A stretch of 64,000 bases of DNA. Origin: Chiloscyllium plagiosum. Lineage: Eukaryota. Location: the NCBI RefSeq assembly GCF_004010195.1, contig NC_057751.1:8609023-8673022 (forward strand), in the 5' to 3' direction. A program made the translations under genes and the position numbers. The notes under the pieces were generated by a model that worked only from the letters and a program-made list of their open reading frames with translations, was not told where the DNA came from and did no database searches. Of the stretch, positions 25,616 to 39,229 are shown piece after piece. The first letter of the stretch is position 1; every line of letters begins with the position of its first letter.

Positions 25616-25949
25616 ATCCTGAAAAATCTCTTGGTTTGTGTGGGACTTTTGCTGAGAGGGATTTTCCGATTTCCCAGTCACATGTCCTCAGTACTGCTGA
25701 TGACTACACCCCTCCCAGGATCACAAGAGAAGTAAGTGTGGTCCTTAATTTGGACTGGCATTTTTGTGCTGCACTGAGAAAGTAATACATTCCCAGAACA
25801 CATTTTCAAATCATCTGCCTTCTCAGGTAAATATAAAAGACTCCATGAATCCTACTCTTAAAAAAACAGCTGGGGAGAGCTGTCAGAAAACTCTTGATCA
25901 ATATTTATCCCTCAATCAGCATCACTAAACATGGATTATCTGCCATTAC

Positions 25950-26752
25950 GAAATCAAAAGCATGTATGTTCACTTTAAAATAGGAAGTGTTCTCTGAATT
26001 TTGAAGTAAGCTTACAGTGCAAGCTCTGTTGCAGAATAGAAAGGCTGGGAGATGAGCTGTTCCAAAAATAGATACATGAAGCAAATGGCTGTTCAATGGA
26101 TCCCTGAGTTTTGGTTGCTGTTATGACAACAATTCGAATTTAACCTATTGATTTAAACTATGCCCAGGATTCGAAAAGCCAATTGAGTCTGAATCTATTG
26201 TTTCGACAACATCAGACCAGTGAGACCAATGTTTGGTGATATAATAAACACAAGCGTTTTAAACATTGGTCAGAGAGCAACCACCATTGATCAGCTGAGC
26301 AACTGCCATAGAGCCAAAAGCTAACTGCCCATCTAAAATCTTGCTCTCAAAGAAATTAGAAGACACTGTATATCAAAGTTGGAAAACATAGTGGCAGTGA
26401 AATGAAAGACAACAACCCAGGGAGATCATCAGCTGGAAGACTGAAGACAGAGACTGTATGGTCTTGAGATTGAGTTAATGCAATGTTTAATACATGTGTA
26501 ATTGAAACAGCAAATCTTTTAGAGAGTTTGGGTCAGATACTAAGTACTTACGGATAGAAGGGCTTGGATTTGGGAATAGTTGTTGTTTAATATTGACTAT
26601 TAGAACTAGGAAAATGAATTGTTATTTTTCTTTAAATAATAGAAGTTCAGAGTTCTCTGTCACTCACCACATTTTAACAGATTATGAAGCGAGGCAAGCT
26701 TTTCTGGGTGTTTGGTTTTAATTAACAGAGGGGTTCAACCTCCTCATCGCAA
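25950..26752 (+). mobile_element. Solo-LTR-like repeat (family B)
   Basis: Shares ~250 bp with 22090-22340, has a TATA-like tataataaa, and ends ...cctcatcgcaaca. Confidence 0.4.
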
Positions 26753-27489
26753 CACTGCTCATGACCACATTGACACACAGAGAATTTTACAGTATGCCAA
26801 GTCACTGCTGAGTATCCTACGCTATCCTTGACAAAGTACTTCAATGAATGCAAAGTTCTGAAATCACAAGAAGTACTATATGAATAAGGACAAGCACCTT
26901 TCTTTGAGAACAAGTAATTTAACGCAGATCAAGGTGTGAACCTTACACCTTCAAGTCAGCATTCAGATTGTCAATCACAGATTGCTTTCATATCCTGAAC
27001 TATAAGGAGACTGTTTGTGTTCCTTGAAAACAATTTTTCATGAGTCATGCTTGACATTTAGCCCTGGCGACATGGAATTTCCAACAGCTCAAGCAGAAAA
27101 TAACATCCGCAGAACAAAACATTCTCAAGCCAAGTTTCAGTGTCACTAATTATTTTTTCATTCACTTTTGCATCTGTACCAGTCTGTCTTGCTGATATTG
27201 TAGGCAGATGGTTAACAACACAAAATATCCAATGAAACAGCTTTGCTCGCTTTATCTTAGAGGTTAGTGTTAATATATGCTGAAGTGCTTTGTCAGTAGA
27301 CTGGTTAATCAAGACACGGCTCAGCACTGATATGTTCAAAGGCACAAGTGTCACATTGAATACTCAATTTAGGTCATTTGGGAATTTGGATTTTAAAATA
27401 TAAGTAAATCAGTTGCCTGGGTTCAGTTCTGTACAGGTAACTTATTTTAAAAAAGAGATCAGAATGTCACTCAGAATAGTTAATTAAAG

Positions 27490-28112
27490 TGGATTATGGA
27501 CAAGACCTAAAGATATGTTGGAAATGTAGCCTAGACCCTAATTTTTTTCTTATTTTAAAAGGCAAATGTGAGGTGTCATGTTCCAGGGGCAATTTGATTG
27601 GCCAAACTACTCGACGTTAAGCAAAACGTAACTTATTCAAACATTATAGTTAAAATGCAACAGAAGAAAGAGGAACTTGGAATAACTTAATTCTGTTCAA
27701 AAACTTAACAGAATAACAGATTATTTCACCACAAAGCAGTAATTATTCCAACACACTAACATCCTACAAACACACATTTCACAAAAGGCAAATTCAGAAA
27801 AGAGAATCATCTCCAGCTGCTTAGGAGTGAAAATATCCTGACAGCGTACAGCAGCTGGGAGAGATTCACCGCCTTCCAACCCCGCTAAGACCCCAGCAAC
27901 AAAAGCAGAAAGTTAAAACTAAAAATCCTGGTTCTGTGGGTGGAAGTTTGACCACACCCATTCAGGCTGCTTCTATTGTTCCAACTGTTTTAAAAAAACC
28001 CAAGGCTTCGCAACATGTCTTTCTTTTCAAAGACTACTTTTCACCTGTCTCCCAATCTCTCACTAAAAGAAACCAGGACAAAACATACCTCTTGAAGCTA
28101 CAGCATCATCAC
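27490..28112 (-). mobile_element. Solo-LTR-like repeat (family A)
   Basis: Reverse complement begins tgtgatgatgctgtagcttcaagaggtatgttttgtcctgg and ends ...gtcttgtccataa. Confidence 0.55.
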
Positions 28113-28151
28113 AAGAGATCATTTCCAAGAAAGCAGTCACTGAAGTCGGCA

Positions 28152-28280
28152 ATAGTGAGAACTGCAGATGCTGGAAACCAGAGTTTAGCTTAGTGTGGTG
28201 CTGGAGAAGCCCAGCAGGTCAGGCAGCATCCGAGGAGCAGGAAAATTAACATTTCGGGCAAAAGCCCGACATCAGGAATA
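28152..28280 (-). mobile_element. Penelope-derived short element with mutated hammerhead motif
   Basis: Minus strand reads attcCTGATGtcgggcttttgcccGAAAtgtt...ctcggatgctgcctgacctgctg. Confidence 0.7.
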
Positions 28281-28347
28281 GCTGAAATTAAGTGTTGAGC
28301 AGGCTCCCTCAGTGTAAATTGATGAGGTTTTCATAAATGTGAACTTA

Positions 28348-28663
28348 AGATTAGACTAGATTACATTACAGTGTGGAAACAGGCCCTTCGGCCCAACAAG
28401 TCCACACCGACATGCCGAAGCGCAACCCACCCATACCCTTACATTTACCCCTTACCTAACACTATGGGCAATTTAGCATGGCCAATTCTCCTAACCTGCA
28501 CATCTTTGGACTGTGGGAGGAAACCGGAGCACCCGGAGGAAACCCACGCAGCCACGGGGAGAACGTGCAAACTCCACACAGTCAGTCGCCTGAGGCGGGA
28601 ATTGAACCCAGGTCTCTGGCGCTGTGAGGCAGCAGTGCTAACCACTGTGCCACCGTGCCGCCC
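28348..28663 (-). mobile_element. HE1-like SINE, young full-length copy
   Basis: Complete tRNA-like head to (TCTAA)n-like tail, with CpGs retained. Confidence 0.9.
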
Positions 28664-28904
28664 GACAGGAAACAGGTTAGGAGGTTACTAATTTCTTTTG
28701 GAGTTCAGTTCACAATCAGGTTTCTGATGAAATGGCTACTTTTACCTTAGCGGCAGGCTTTTTAGGTTATGACGTTTCTGATCTCAAAGTTAGTGTCAAA
28801 GCTTTCCCACTATCAAAAGTGCCAAGGCCTTTCAGCCATCAAACCTAGAAAGAGTTAGTTGTGTAAGAAATGAACAATTTTTTAAAAAAAGTGACACCTG
28901 ACAT

Positions 28905-29452
28905 GAGATCATAAGGTATAGTAGCAGAATTAGGTCATTCAGCCCCATTGAGTCTGCACCACCATTTGGTCATGGCTGAAATGTTTCTCAGTCCCATTCT
29001 CCTGCTTTCTCCCCATAGTCCTTCATTCGCTTCCCAGTCAAGAACCTATCTCTGTCTTAAATACACTCAATGACTTGGCCACCATATTCCTCTGTGGCAA
29101 TGAGTTCCACAGATTCTCCACCCTCTGGCTGAAGAAGTTCCACCTCACCTCAATTGTGAACGGTTGTCCCTCCACTCTGGGATTGTGCTCTCGGGTCCTT
29201 GCCTCTCTAGCTTGTGGAAACATCTTCTCCATGTCCATTCTGTCCAGGCATCTTGGTATTGTCTTTGATTTCAATCAGATACCCCTCATCCTTCTAAACC
29301 CCATCAAGTAAATACCCAGACACCTCAACTGCTCCTCATATGACACGCCCTTCATCCCAGTGATCATTCTTGTAAAGCTGCTCCAGAACCCCTCAAATGT
29401 CAGCACACCCTTCCTGAGATATAGGGCCCAAAATAGCTTACAATATTCCAAA
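28905..29452 (-). mobile_element. CR1 LINE 3' fragment
   Basis: LDRMDMEKMFP...NFFSQRVENLWNSLPQ...SVFKTEI. Confidence 0.85.
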
Positions 29453-29492
29453 TTATAATCAGGCCACTTTGTGTTGGCCTGTGCACTGGAAA

Positions 29493-29960
29493 TGAGTTAA
29501 AAATCACACAACACCAGGTTGTAGTCCAACAGGTACATTTGGAAGCACTAGCTTTCGGAACGCTGCTCCTTCATCAGGTGGTTGTGGACTATAAGAGCTT
29601 AAGACCCAGAATTTACAGCAAAGGTTTACAGTGTGATGCAACTCAAATGATATGTTGAGAAAGACCTGGATTATTTGTTAAGTCTCTCATCTTTTAGAAT
29701 GACCATGTTGGTTTCAGTTCTTTCATATGTAAATCCCAGAACCTTTTTTAAAGTTACATTCTCAAGTGAACTTTAGCAATAGCTGTCATGTCAGTTCAGA
29801 TAGTGCATTAAAGGTGTGAGGTTAAAGTCTGTCTGTCTTTGCCTCAATGTTCAGTCTGATTTTATTTCTAAAAGAGGGATTTACAGAATCTTACATGGAT
29901 TCATGCAGTTTTTGAGCAAAATAAAATGTAATTCTGCAAGTATAAATTCATCCCACAACA
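29493..29960 (-). mobile_element. Penelope-like non-autonomous element (second subfamily)
   Basis: Terminal region carries a distinct hammerhead motif at 29546-29580 and runs into a CA-rich minisatellite. Confidence 0.6.
29546..29580 (-). ncRNA. Minimal hammerhead ribozyme motif (second subfamily)
   Basis: Minus strand reads cac-CUGAUGA-A-GGAGC(AGC)GUUCC-GAAA-G-CUA-gug: 3-bp helix I, 5-bp helix II, palindromic AGCU helix III. Confidence 0.7.
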
Positions 29961-30988
29961 TGTGTGTGTGTGTGTTCATGTGGATGTGTGTGGAGGGGTG
30001 CGAGTTTCTGTGAGAGAGTGTGTGTGTGTACATGTGTGTGTGTGTGGAGGGGTGCGAGTTACTATGAGAGAGTGTGTGTGTGTGTGTGTGTATACATGTG
30101 TGTGTATGGAGGGGTGCGAGTTTCTGTGAGAGAGTGTGTGTGTGTNNNNNNNNNNNNNNNNNNNNNNNNNNNNNNNNNNNNNNNNNNNNNNNNNNNNNNN
30201 NNNNNNNNNNNNNNNNNNNNNNNNNNNNNNNNNNNNNNNNNNNNNNNNNNNNNNNNNNNNNNNNNNNNNNNNNNNNNNNNNNNNNNNNNNNNNNNNNNNN
30301 NNNNNNNNNNNNNNNNNNNNNNNNNNNNNNNNNNNNNNNNNNNNNNNNNNNNNNNNNNNNNNNNNNNNNNNNNNNNNNNNNNNNNNNNNNNNNNNNNNNN
30401 NNNNNNNNNNNNNNNNNNNNNNNNNNNNNNNNNNNNNNNNNNNNNNNNNNNNNNNNNNNNNNNNNNNNNNNNNNNNNNNNNNNNNNNNNNNNNNNNNNNN
30501 NNNNNNNNNNNNNNNNNNNNNNNNNNNNNNNNNNNNNNNNNNNNNNNNNNNNNNNNNNNNNNNNNNNNNNNNNNNNNNNNNNNNNNNNNNNNNNNNNNNN
30601 NNNNNNNNNNNNNNNNNNNNNNNNNNNNNNNNNNNNNNNNNNNNNNNNNNNNNNNNNNNNNNNNNNNNNNNNNNNNNNNNNNNNNNNNNNNNNNNNNNNN
30701 NNNNNNNNNNNNNNNNNNNNNNNNNNNNNNNNNNNNNNNNNNNNNNNNNNNNNNNNNNNNNNNNNNNNNNNNNNNNNNNNNNNNNNNNNNNNNNNNNNNN
30801 NNNNNNNNNNNNNNNNNNNNNNNNNNNNNNNNNNNNNNNNNNNNNNNNNNNNNNNNNNNNNNNNNNNNNNNNGTGCGAGTTTCTGTGAGAGTGTGTGTGT
30901 GTGTGGGTGTGAGTGTCTGAAGGGGTGCAAGTTTCTGTGAGAGAGTGTGTGCGTGTGTGGGTGTGTGTGTGTGGGTGTGTGTGTGTAC
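29961..30988. repeat. GT-rich minisatellite (unit ~gtgtgtggaggggtgcgagtttctgtgagagagt(gt)n) spanning an assembly gap
   Basis: Three units before the gap and two after it. Confidence 0.85.
30146..30872. other. Assembly gap
   Basis: Run of N. Confidence 1.
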
Positions 30989-31069
30989 GTGCTGCCTGAC
31001 CTGCTGTACTTTTGCAGCGGCCAACAACATAAGCAGCAAATGATATTCCGATTCAGGAGTTCCACATCA

Positions 31070-31830
31070 ACAGATTAGATCTCAGCTCTGTAGTCCTGCC
31101 ACATCCAGCTGTGAATGGTGGTGGATAATTAAACAACTCACAGGAGGAAAAGACTCCACAAATATCCCCATCCGCAATGATGAATCAACCAATGCAAATG
31201 ATCAGCATTTGCAACAGCCCTTAGTCTGAGGTGTCAACTGCATGACACACCTCAGCCTCCGGAGGTCCCCAGATTATAGATGAGAGTCTTCAGCTAGTTT
31301 GATTCTCTACATTAGGTATCAAAAAGAGCTGAAGACACTTGACACTGCAAAGGCAATGGGTCCTCACAACTTTCTGGCAATTGCACTCCAGAAACTACCG
31401 CACCCCAAGTTAATCTGTCCCAATACAGTGACAGCACTGAACGGGTAAGTCCTGCACAAGACAAACGGAGCAAATTCAAACCAACAATTAGTATTTCTGC
31501 AACACACGTGACAGCTAATTGTCATTTCCAGTAAGCGAGAATCAAACCATCTCCCTGTACATTCCGTGGCATTACAAACACTGATTCTCCCACTGTCAAC
31601 ACCAGAGTAGTGATCACAGACCTCAAACTCAAATAGACGAGCTAAAAAAACCCTCTAGTTACAAGAGCAGACCAAAGGCAACAGATATAACTCACCTCCT
31701 CTCTCTCCAAAGCCTATTCACAGGGCACAAGTCAGGAGTGCAATGGAATACTTGGCATGTGACTGGATGGTTGCAGCTCTCACAGCACTCAAGAAACCTG
31801 ACACCATCCAGGACAAAGGAGCCCACATGA
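31070..31830 (+). mobile_element. Old CR1/L2-group LINE ORF2 remnant
   Basis: Remnant peptide TSSCEWWWIIKQLTGGKDSTNIPIRND, followed by gacactgcaaaggcaatgggtcct (KAMGP motif preceding RT) and aggagtgcaatggaatact. Confidence 0.55.
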
Positions 31831-33804
31831 TTGGTGAAAATAGAAATGGACACAACTGAATGGTTGCCATATGCTTGTGCTTGGTAACCAATTGATTTTT
31901 CGAAGGGGCCCTGACGTTCAGTCCCTCTTATCAATGATCGTCTCAGTCAATTCTTTTATCTTACATGGCACACAGTGCTTTCACATTTTTGTCAAGAAAG
32001 GATGTTTGAATAAACAGGGAACAGACTTACATGCATTGCTGTCTGGCATACCAATCCACCCCTCCCTTCCTCCCCCCACCCCACAATTTACAGTCATACA
32101 GCACGTAAACAGGCCCTTCAGCCCAATTCCTCCATGCCCACCAGGTTTCCTAAAGTGACCGAGTCCCATTTGGCACATATTCGTCTAAACCTTTCCTGCC
32201 CATGTACCTGCTGCAACCACTTGTTCTGGCAGGTCTTTCATAATTAGAAAATAATCCCCAAAATAACAACTCCTGTTGCTTGTTGAAGAAAATCAAGAGA
32301 AACAGAATTTTCTGACGAGAATGAAGCCAAATGAACACGAAAATCTTGGGAGGTTCCTCTCAGTTCAAAACAATTAAGCCCCTGAGAGAATCCACAGGGT
32401 TGGTATTGGCTGAACTCTGCTTGTTCAGTTTCTACCTTTGATGATGTCCTGTACAATAAACGTTGGCCTTAATTTCTTCCAGTAGCCCAGTCCTTCTCAT
32501 GCTGCACTCCGCATGACCTCATGTCCTCAATCTTTGCAAATGACCCTCTGTAACAAAGGCTTCACCTCATCCAGGATAGACACAATTTAAATCAAGAGCT
32601 CAGATTATTCAATCAAGCTGAGCCACCAAGCAGTTCCACTGGATATGGAATTGTGCTGATTATTGACTGTAATGAGTCAGCAACACATCAAGATCTATTC
32701 TTGCCACTTCTTTGAAGAAAAATGGCCCATTTTCTGTGGCAATTTACGACTGAATGCAATTAAGAGAGGTTTTCAGCTAATGATTCTGGTACTCAAGTTC
32801 ATCAGCTGGGAATGAAAAGTTTCAGCCAATCCATAATGGTGATCCATTAATGCATATTGAGTAAGTCATGGCCCCACAATGCAATGATACAAGATCAATC
32901 CACTTGTGGACTGGTCAACAGCCATAAAGCAGAGGTCAATGAAGGTTGACAAAAGGGTAAATTTTCATACCCAGCCCAACGTGAAACAGAACGCCAAAAG
33001 AAATGTGAAAATATCATCTCTGATTTTGTCATGGCAATGATGATGGCTTTGTCATCATTCACCACAGTTACTCAGTGAATCACACAGAAACTCCTGGGAT
33101 CTGCACATGTGCAGTTCAACACAGAAATCCAATGGTCATGTGACACCTACCCCCAAATCCCTGCGGGGGGGGCAAATGGAAATCACAAAGTGGAAAAACA
33201 GCTCATTTTTCTCTATTTTATCCTGCCATGAGAACTCTTGCAAAAGAATTTCACCTCTCCTCCTGCTCTCTGAGTCTGTGTTCTTCTCCACCCCCATTGT
33301 GCCACGTTTCAGAATTAAATTATAAACCTGTTTTGTCGAACGGGGAGTTTTTGAAGAACACACTAAGTTCACAGTTATGCCTGAACCACCTCACTGCAGG
33401 AGAAAAATATAATGACTTTTATCTTGGTCAGATTTCTCCATTTTAAAAAAATCCACCTTTTTAAAAGTGATGACATTTTAGCTTTGCCCTTGATCCCATG
33501 TCTAAGCCTTTATCCCACGTCAAAGCCTTGATTGCATATGGTCACATATGGTCAAATTTTCATGAACAGTGTTTATTCAAGCCTTTTCAAAAAAACAATT
33601 TGAATTTTCTGCCTCTGAGTATACTTCAAACAGAGGGCAGATTATCCCACTCGCTGACATCACTGTAGTTGCAAACCGAGTGACCCTCTCAACATTGCAC
33701 AAGATTCAAGCTGTCATCTGGAAAAAAGGATAATTCAAAAGTTTGCAGAAATTTTGTCAACAGCTTTGTTGAAAAATCGGTGGTGAGTCCTGACAGGTCA
33801 TCAT

Positions 33805-34156
33805 CATAGAATCCCTACAGTGTGGAAACAGGCTATTTGGCCCAACAAGTTCACACCGACCCTCTGAAGAGTAACCCACCCAGACCCATTCCCCTACCCC
33901 AATACTCTACATTTACCCCTGGCTAATGCACCTAACTCACACATCCCTGAACACTGTGGAGCAATTTATCACAGCCGATCCAACTAACCTGTACATTGTT
34001 GGATTGTGGGAAGAAACCAGAGCACCCAGAGGAACCCCACGCAAACACAGGGAGAATGTGCAAACTCCACAAAGACAGTCACCCAAGGTGGGATTCGAAC
34101 CCAGGTTCCCAGCAGTGTGAGGCAGCAGTGCTAACCACTGAGCCAACATGCCACCC
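33805..34156 (-). mobile_element. HE1-like SINE
   Basis: Homologous along its length to 510-853. Confidence 0.85.
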
Positions 34157-34427
34157 CTCAGGGTCAAATCCGAACCACTGTCTTTGGTATGCCCAAGTCT
34201 GTTCAGCATGCGGCAGACCCTGTTTTAACTGCAAGTTCGGGTTAGGATTTGTTCAACCATGGGCATCCAATTCCAGAAAGCCAAGTAGTGAAAAGTAGAC
34301 TTTATACAGTTTTTCACATATTTACAGGATTAACCATTACAAACACATACCTCCTAACCACAACCTTAGCTGATGCCTGCATGCAGGGGCTCAGGTAAAT
34401 CTCTGACAAATACACTGTAAATTGAGC

Positions 34428-34740
34428 AGAGTCATAGAGACAAACAGCATGAAAACCCTTTGGTCCAACTCATCCATGCCAACCAGATATCCGAAACTAA
34501 CCTCATCCCATTTGTCAGCACTTGGCCAATATCCCTCGAAACCCTTCATTATCATATACCCATCCAGATGCCTTTTAAATGGTGTCATTGTACCAGCCTC
34601 CACCACTTCCTCTGGCAGCTCATTTCATACACGCACCACCCTCTGCATGAAAATGTTGCCCCTTTGGTCCCTTTTAAATCTTTTCCCTCTCACCTTAAAC
34701 CTATACCCTCCAGTTCTGGGCTGTCCCACCCCAGGGAAAA
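34428..34740 (-). mobile_element. CR1 LINE 3' end
   Basis: VEAGTMTPFKRHLDGYM plus CR1 3' UTR. Confidence 0.85.
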
Positions 34741-34742
34741 GC

Positions 34743-35095
34743 ATGACGATGCTGCTCTTTTAACAAGGTTATGTTCTCCTTGGATTTTTTTCCAGGAGGT
34801 CATAAAGATGCAGGTTCTGAAACATCTGGGGTTGATCTACTTGAAGAAGCTTATAATTGTAAAAAACATGAAAGGGGATTGGACAGTTCTCCCAGCTCAG
34901 CCTTTCTCTGGTTTGGTTTTAGCAGCAGAGGTGTGAAGCTGCTGGACCCAAAGAATCAGGTGCACGGTGATGCTCCCTCTCTCTGACATTTCCCCTGTAA
35001 GAGCCTGCATTTGATTTTACTTTTTGTGACAAAGGAGTATTTATGGGGATTGTTACAACTGTTTGGAACAGCATCATTACACTGGGATAATCTTA
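34743..35095 (+). mobile_element. Family A LTR-like repeat, partial
   Basis: atgacgatgctgctcttttaacaaggttatg...agttctcccagctcag...tttatggggattgtt matches 6936-7320. Confidence 0.55.
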
Positions 35096-35319
35096 AGATA
35101 TTCTAATTCTCTTCTTGAGTGTTGAGATGGAGCATGTTGTTACAGCCATTAAATTTAAAAATTGTGCATGTGGCAGGATAAAAAAACAACATGACTGAGC
35201 ATTGTTGAGACTTGAATGAGAAATGGAGGCATTCAGTGGCAGGAGAAAATGGACTTAAATAGAATGTAATAGCATACGTTTTCTTGGCTATAGTCAATGT
35301 AAGGTATATCTATGACAAT

Positions 35320-36330
35320 AGCCAATAGGTGCAGGAGTAGGCCATTCTGCCCTTCGAGCCAGCACCACCATTCATTATGATCATGGCTGATCATCCTCAA
35401 TCAGTATCCTGTTCCTGCCTTATCCCCATAATCCTTGATTCCACTATCCTTAAGAGCTCTATCCAATTCTTTCTTGAAAATATCCAGAGACTTGGCCTCC
35501 ACAGCCTTCTGGGGCAGAGCATTCCATACACCCACCACTCTCTGAGTGAAGAAGTTTCTCCTCAACTCTGTTCTAAGTGGCCTACCTCTTATTTTTAAGC
35601 TGTGTCCTCTGGTTCGGGACTCACCCATCAGTGGAAACATGCTTCCTGCCTCCAGAGTGCCCAATTCTTTAATAATCTTATATGTCTCAATCAGATCCCC
35701 TCTCAGCCTTCTAAACTCAAGGGTATACAAGCCCAGTCGCTCCAATCTTTCAGCGTAAGATAGTCCCGCCATTCCGGGAATTGACCTCGTGAACCTACGC
35801 TGCACTCCCTCAATAGCCAGAATGTCTTTCCTCAAATTTGGAGACCAATACTGCGCACAATATTCCAGATGCGGTCTCATCAGGGCCCTGTACAGCTGCA
35901 TAAAGACCTCTTTGCTTCTTTTCTCAATTCCTCTTGTTATGAAGGCCAGCATGCTATTAGCTTTCTTCACTGTTGCTGTACCTGCATGCTTGCTTTCATT
36001 GACTGATGCACAAGAACACCTAGATCTTGTTGTACTTCCCCTTTACCTAACTTGACTTCACTTAGGTAGTAATCTGCCTTCCTGTTCTTGCCACAAAAGT
36101 GGATAATCACACGTTTATCCACATTAAACTGCACCTGCCTTGCATCCGTCCACTCTCTTAGCCTGTCCAGGTCACCCTGTGTTCTCATAACATCCTCCTC
36201 ACATTTCACCCTGCCACCCAGCTTTGTGTCATCAGCAAATTTGCTAATATTACTTTTAATACCTTCATCTATATCATTAATGTACATTGTAAAAAGCTGC
36301 GGTCCCAGCACTGATCCCTGTGGCACACTA
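35320..36330 (-). mobile_element. CR1 LINE 3' portion (RT)
   Basis: VPQGSVLGPQLFTMYINDID...SKFADDTKLGG and a 189-aa ORF KKANSMLAFITRGI...RPHLEYCAQYWSP...RRLRGDLIETYKI. Confidence 0.92.
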
Positions 36331-36419
36331 CTATTGTAGTGTACTAACAGTGTAAAACTAAACGGTTTTAAAATAAAATCATATTTGGATATTGATGGTT
36401 TTTTTGGGGGGAGGGAGGT

Positions 36420-37067
36420 GTGACAATGCTGCCCCTTTAACCAGGTTATTCTCGCCTTGGTTTTGTTTGGAGAGGGGTTGTAAAGGCAGAGGTGCCGATA
36501 TGTCTGAACTTCAATAATGGCTCTCAGATACTGCCAAAGGGAACAATCAGGGAAAAGGGCTTTGGGTTTGTTTTTGTTTTAAACCACTTGTACAATGTGA
36601 GGGGAGTGGCCAGTTCTCCCAGTTTAGGGATTTTTCTTGTTTGGTTTCGTTTTCAGCTCGGGGCCTAGAGAAAAAGCTGCAGTGGAAGAGGTTCCATGTT
36701 TCAGCCAATGATTCTTAGCGGATCCTCTTAGACATTTCTCCTGCAAGAACCTGCATTTGATTTTACCTTTTTTGACAAGGAGGTGTTTATGGGGATGCTG
36801 TCGGCAATTGGAACAGCATCATTAAGTTGAAATTGAGTCGCTTGGGTTTTCAGATAGGTGAAGTTATTCTGAATTCAGTTTTCCTTTGCTTGTATTACAC
36901 TCAGTACTCTGTAAATAAATTCTGTTTTGCTGAGAACTGAGTGGTTTGACCAGCTGCATCACTCCAGGAATATCCACCTTACACCTGCTGAAAACAACTA
37001 GCAAAGTTAGGGTCTGGGCTACCTTCCTGAAATGTTTTAAGGAGGTCTGGCCAGGTCCATAATAACA
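36420..37067 (+). mobile_element. Solo-LTR-like repeat (family A)
   Basis: TGTGAC...aataaattctgttttg...ggtctggccaggtccataatAACA. Confidence 0.55.
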
Positions 37068-37751
37068 CAAGCACTAGACAACAGCAGAATAATATTTACT
37101 CAATATACTATCGGATAAATACAAAGTGAACTTCACAGAGTAGCTTTCAAACTGCCAATGGGACTAACCACAAAGGGTAGTTGCAGTGTAAGCTACACAT
37201 CTAGTAGTGCATGGCGCAGGCTGGTGAGGGGCAGAGTGGAAATGTTTATGTGGAGATGGAAAGTTTGGACCCTCTATTTTATTTTAATTTAATATGAATG
37301 CTGCCTATGCATGGTGAAGGTACACACACAACTATAAACAATTCAATTCACCAAGTATTGCTGTTGGTCTATGGGCAAAGAAAAGAGGAAAATAATCAGC
37401 TGGATAGTTCTTTAAAAGAGTTGGCACAGGTACAAAGGATTATTTATGCGCCATATGGTCCTGAATACATTTTCCTCATCTTGTGCTCGCTCAAAAATTG
37501 ATGAATATGCTTAACAGCCAATTGCACCTTTCCTCATTTTAAATGAGAAACTTGTTGCTTCACCTCCATGTGTGTATTATGAAGGTGAATGAAGATCTGA
37601 GCCTGAATGTTCAGCCTTGTGCTTCCAGTCCACACATATGTGTGTTGACCTGCTGTCTTTTTGAGATACCCTGTGCACCAACACTGCCAGCAATGATATT
37701 CCAGTTTGGTTTATTCACTGTGTGAACAGTATGTTGTCACAAACAGCAGAC

Positions 37752-38397
37752 TATGACCATGTCATGACCTTTAAAGAGGTATGTTTGTCCTGGTTTCTTT
37801 TAGAGAAAGATTGGGGTACAGGTGCTGAGCAGTACACGAGAACATCAACAACCTATGAGGCCTTAGGTTTTTTTTTTAAAACAAAAAGCTGGTACAATAG
37901 AAGCAGCTTGAATGGGTGTGGTCAAGCTCCCACCCACAGATCCAGCAATTTTTAGTTTTCAGCAGCAGTTGCTGTTTGGATCTTGAAGAAGTAGAAGCTA
38001 TTTTCCCCTCTCTCTTGATTACAACCAAAAGCCGGGGGTTCATTTCCCAGGCTGCTTGATTGTAGGTGAGACAAAATTGGTTTTCTGAATTTGCCTTTTG
38101 CCAAGGGTGTGTTTATGCAATGTTACTATATTGTAACCGTTAATTAGTAATAGTTTCTATACCTATTATTCTGTTCAGTTTTCCATTGGAGTTAAGTCAA
38201 TCTAAATTCCTCTTTTTTTAGTTGCATTTTAACTACAATGTTTGAATAAATTGTGTCTTGCTTAATATCGAGTAGTGTGACCAATCAAATTGCATCTGGA
38301 ACACAGCACCTCACATTTACCTTTAAAATAAGAAAATGTTAGAGTCTCGGCCACCTTCTTAATATATTTTGAGGGAGTCTGGTGTGGTCCATAACAA
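37752..38397 (+). mobile_element. Solo-LTR-like repeat (family A, related subfamily)
   Basis: tatgacc...tttaaagaggtatgtttgtcctgg...aataaattgtg...gtctggtgtggtccataACA. Confidence 0.55.
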
Positions 38398-39229
38398 CTG
38401 TCACTTGTCCTCCTTTCTCTGGAACCCATCTAATTATCAGTGGGACAGAATAGAACACTGGTGAGTCTAAACAGAAGAGGTACTTGTCTTACAAAATGAA
38501 GCAGCTCATTGCACGATAGGAAGAGTTCTTGTTCCCATTAACTGGTTCAGCATGATTACGAGGTGTTTTCTGGAGCCCTATAGAATGCAGCTCTCTCTTG
38601 TTGTTCATGTAGAACTCAAGTTGCGTCCGCCAGAAGAATGTGTGACATGATCAGAAAGGGTACAGCATTGTCATTAACTCCTTCAAAAGCATTACCTCAA
38701 TCAACACTACCCTTCTGATTCACACATCACCAGCATATCCTTTTAATCACTTTCTTCCAAATGTGTTTTCTTTGCTCACATTTATGTGTGTCTATTTCAC
38801 TGTTTTCAGAAGGTATTCTGGTGCAACGCAGAGAGTTGAGTACTGCACTGACTGCCACAGTATAGACATGCACAAGACATACTAATCTCCTTCATCATGC
38901 TTCAAATTAACCCATCCCCACTTAACAAATCAATGGTGCAATCTGACATGAGCTTTGATCAATTGCCACATTCTCATCAAAAACACTGACTCAACAGTGA
39001 AGGTAGAGATGATGAAATCAGTACTTTTCAGTGAGCTGCAGAAGTTCATCATGAAATAGTGGACTCACACAACAGGATGATTTGAATTACTGCATGTGTA
39101 AGTGGATGACAACATTTTCCTGTCTCAGAGTTTTGAGTTATTGGATTGGTGGCTCAAGAAATATTCCAGAACTAAAGACAAAGTAGAATGCAACAATTCT
39201 AAATTAGCAACAGAAAATGGCAGAAACAC

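Noticed and set aside
29881..31065. Long ORFs of 250-394 aa
   Set aside because: Artefacts of the N-gap and GT/CA minisatellite.
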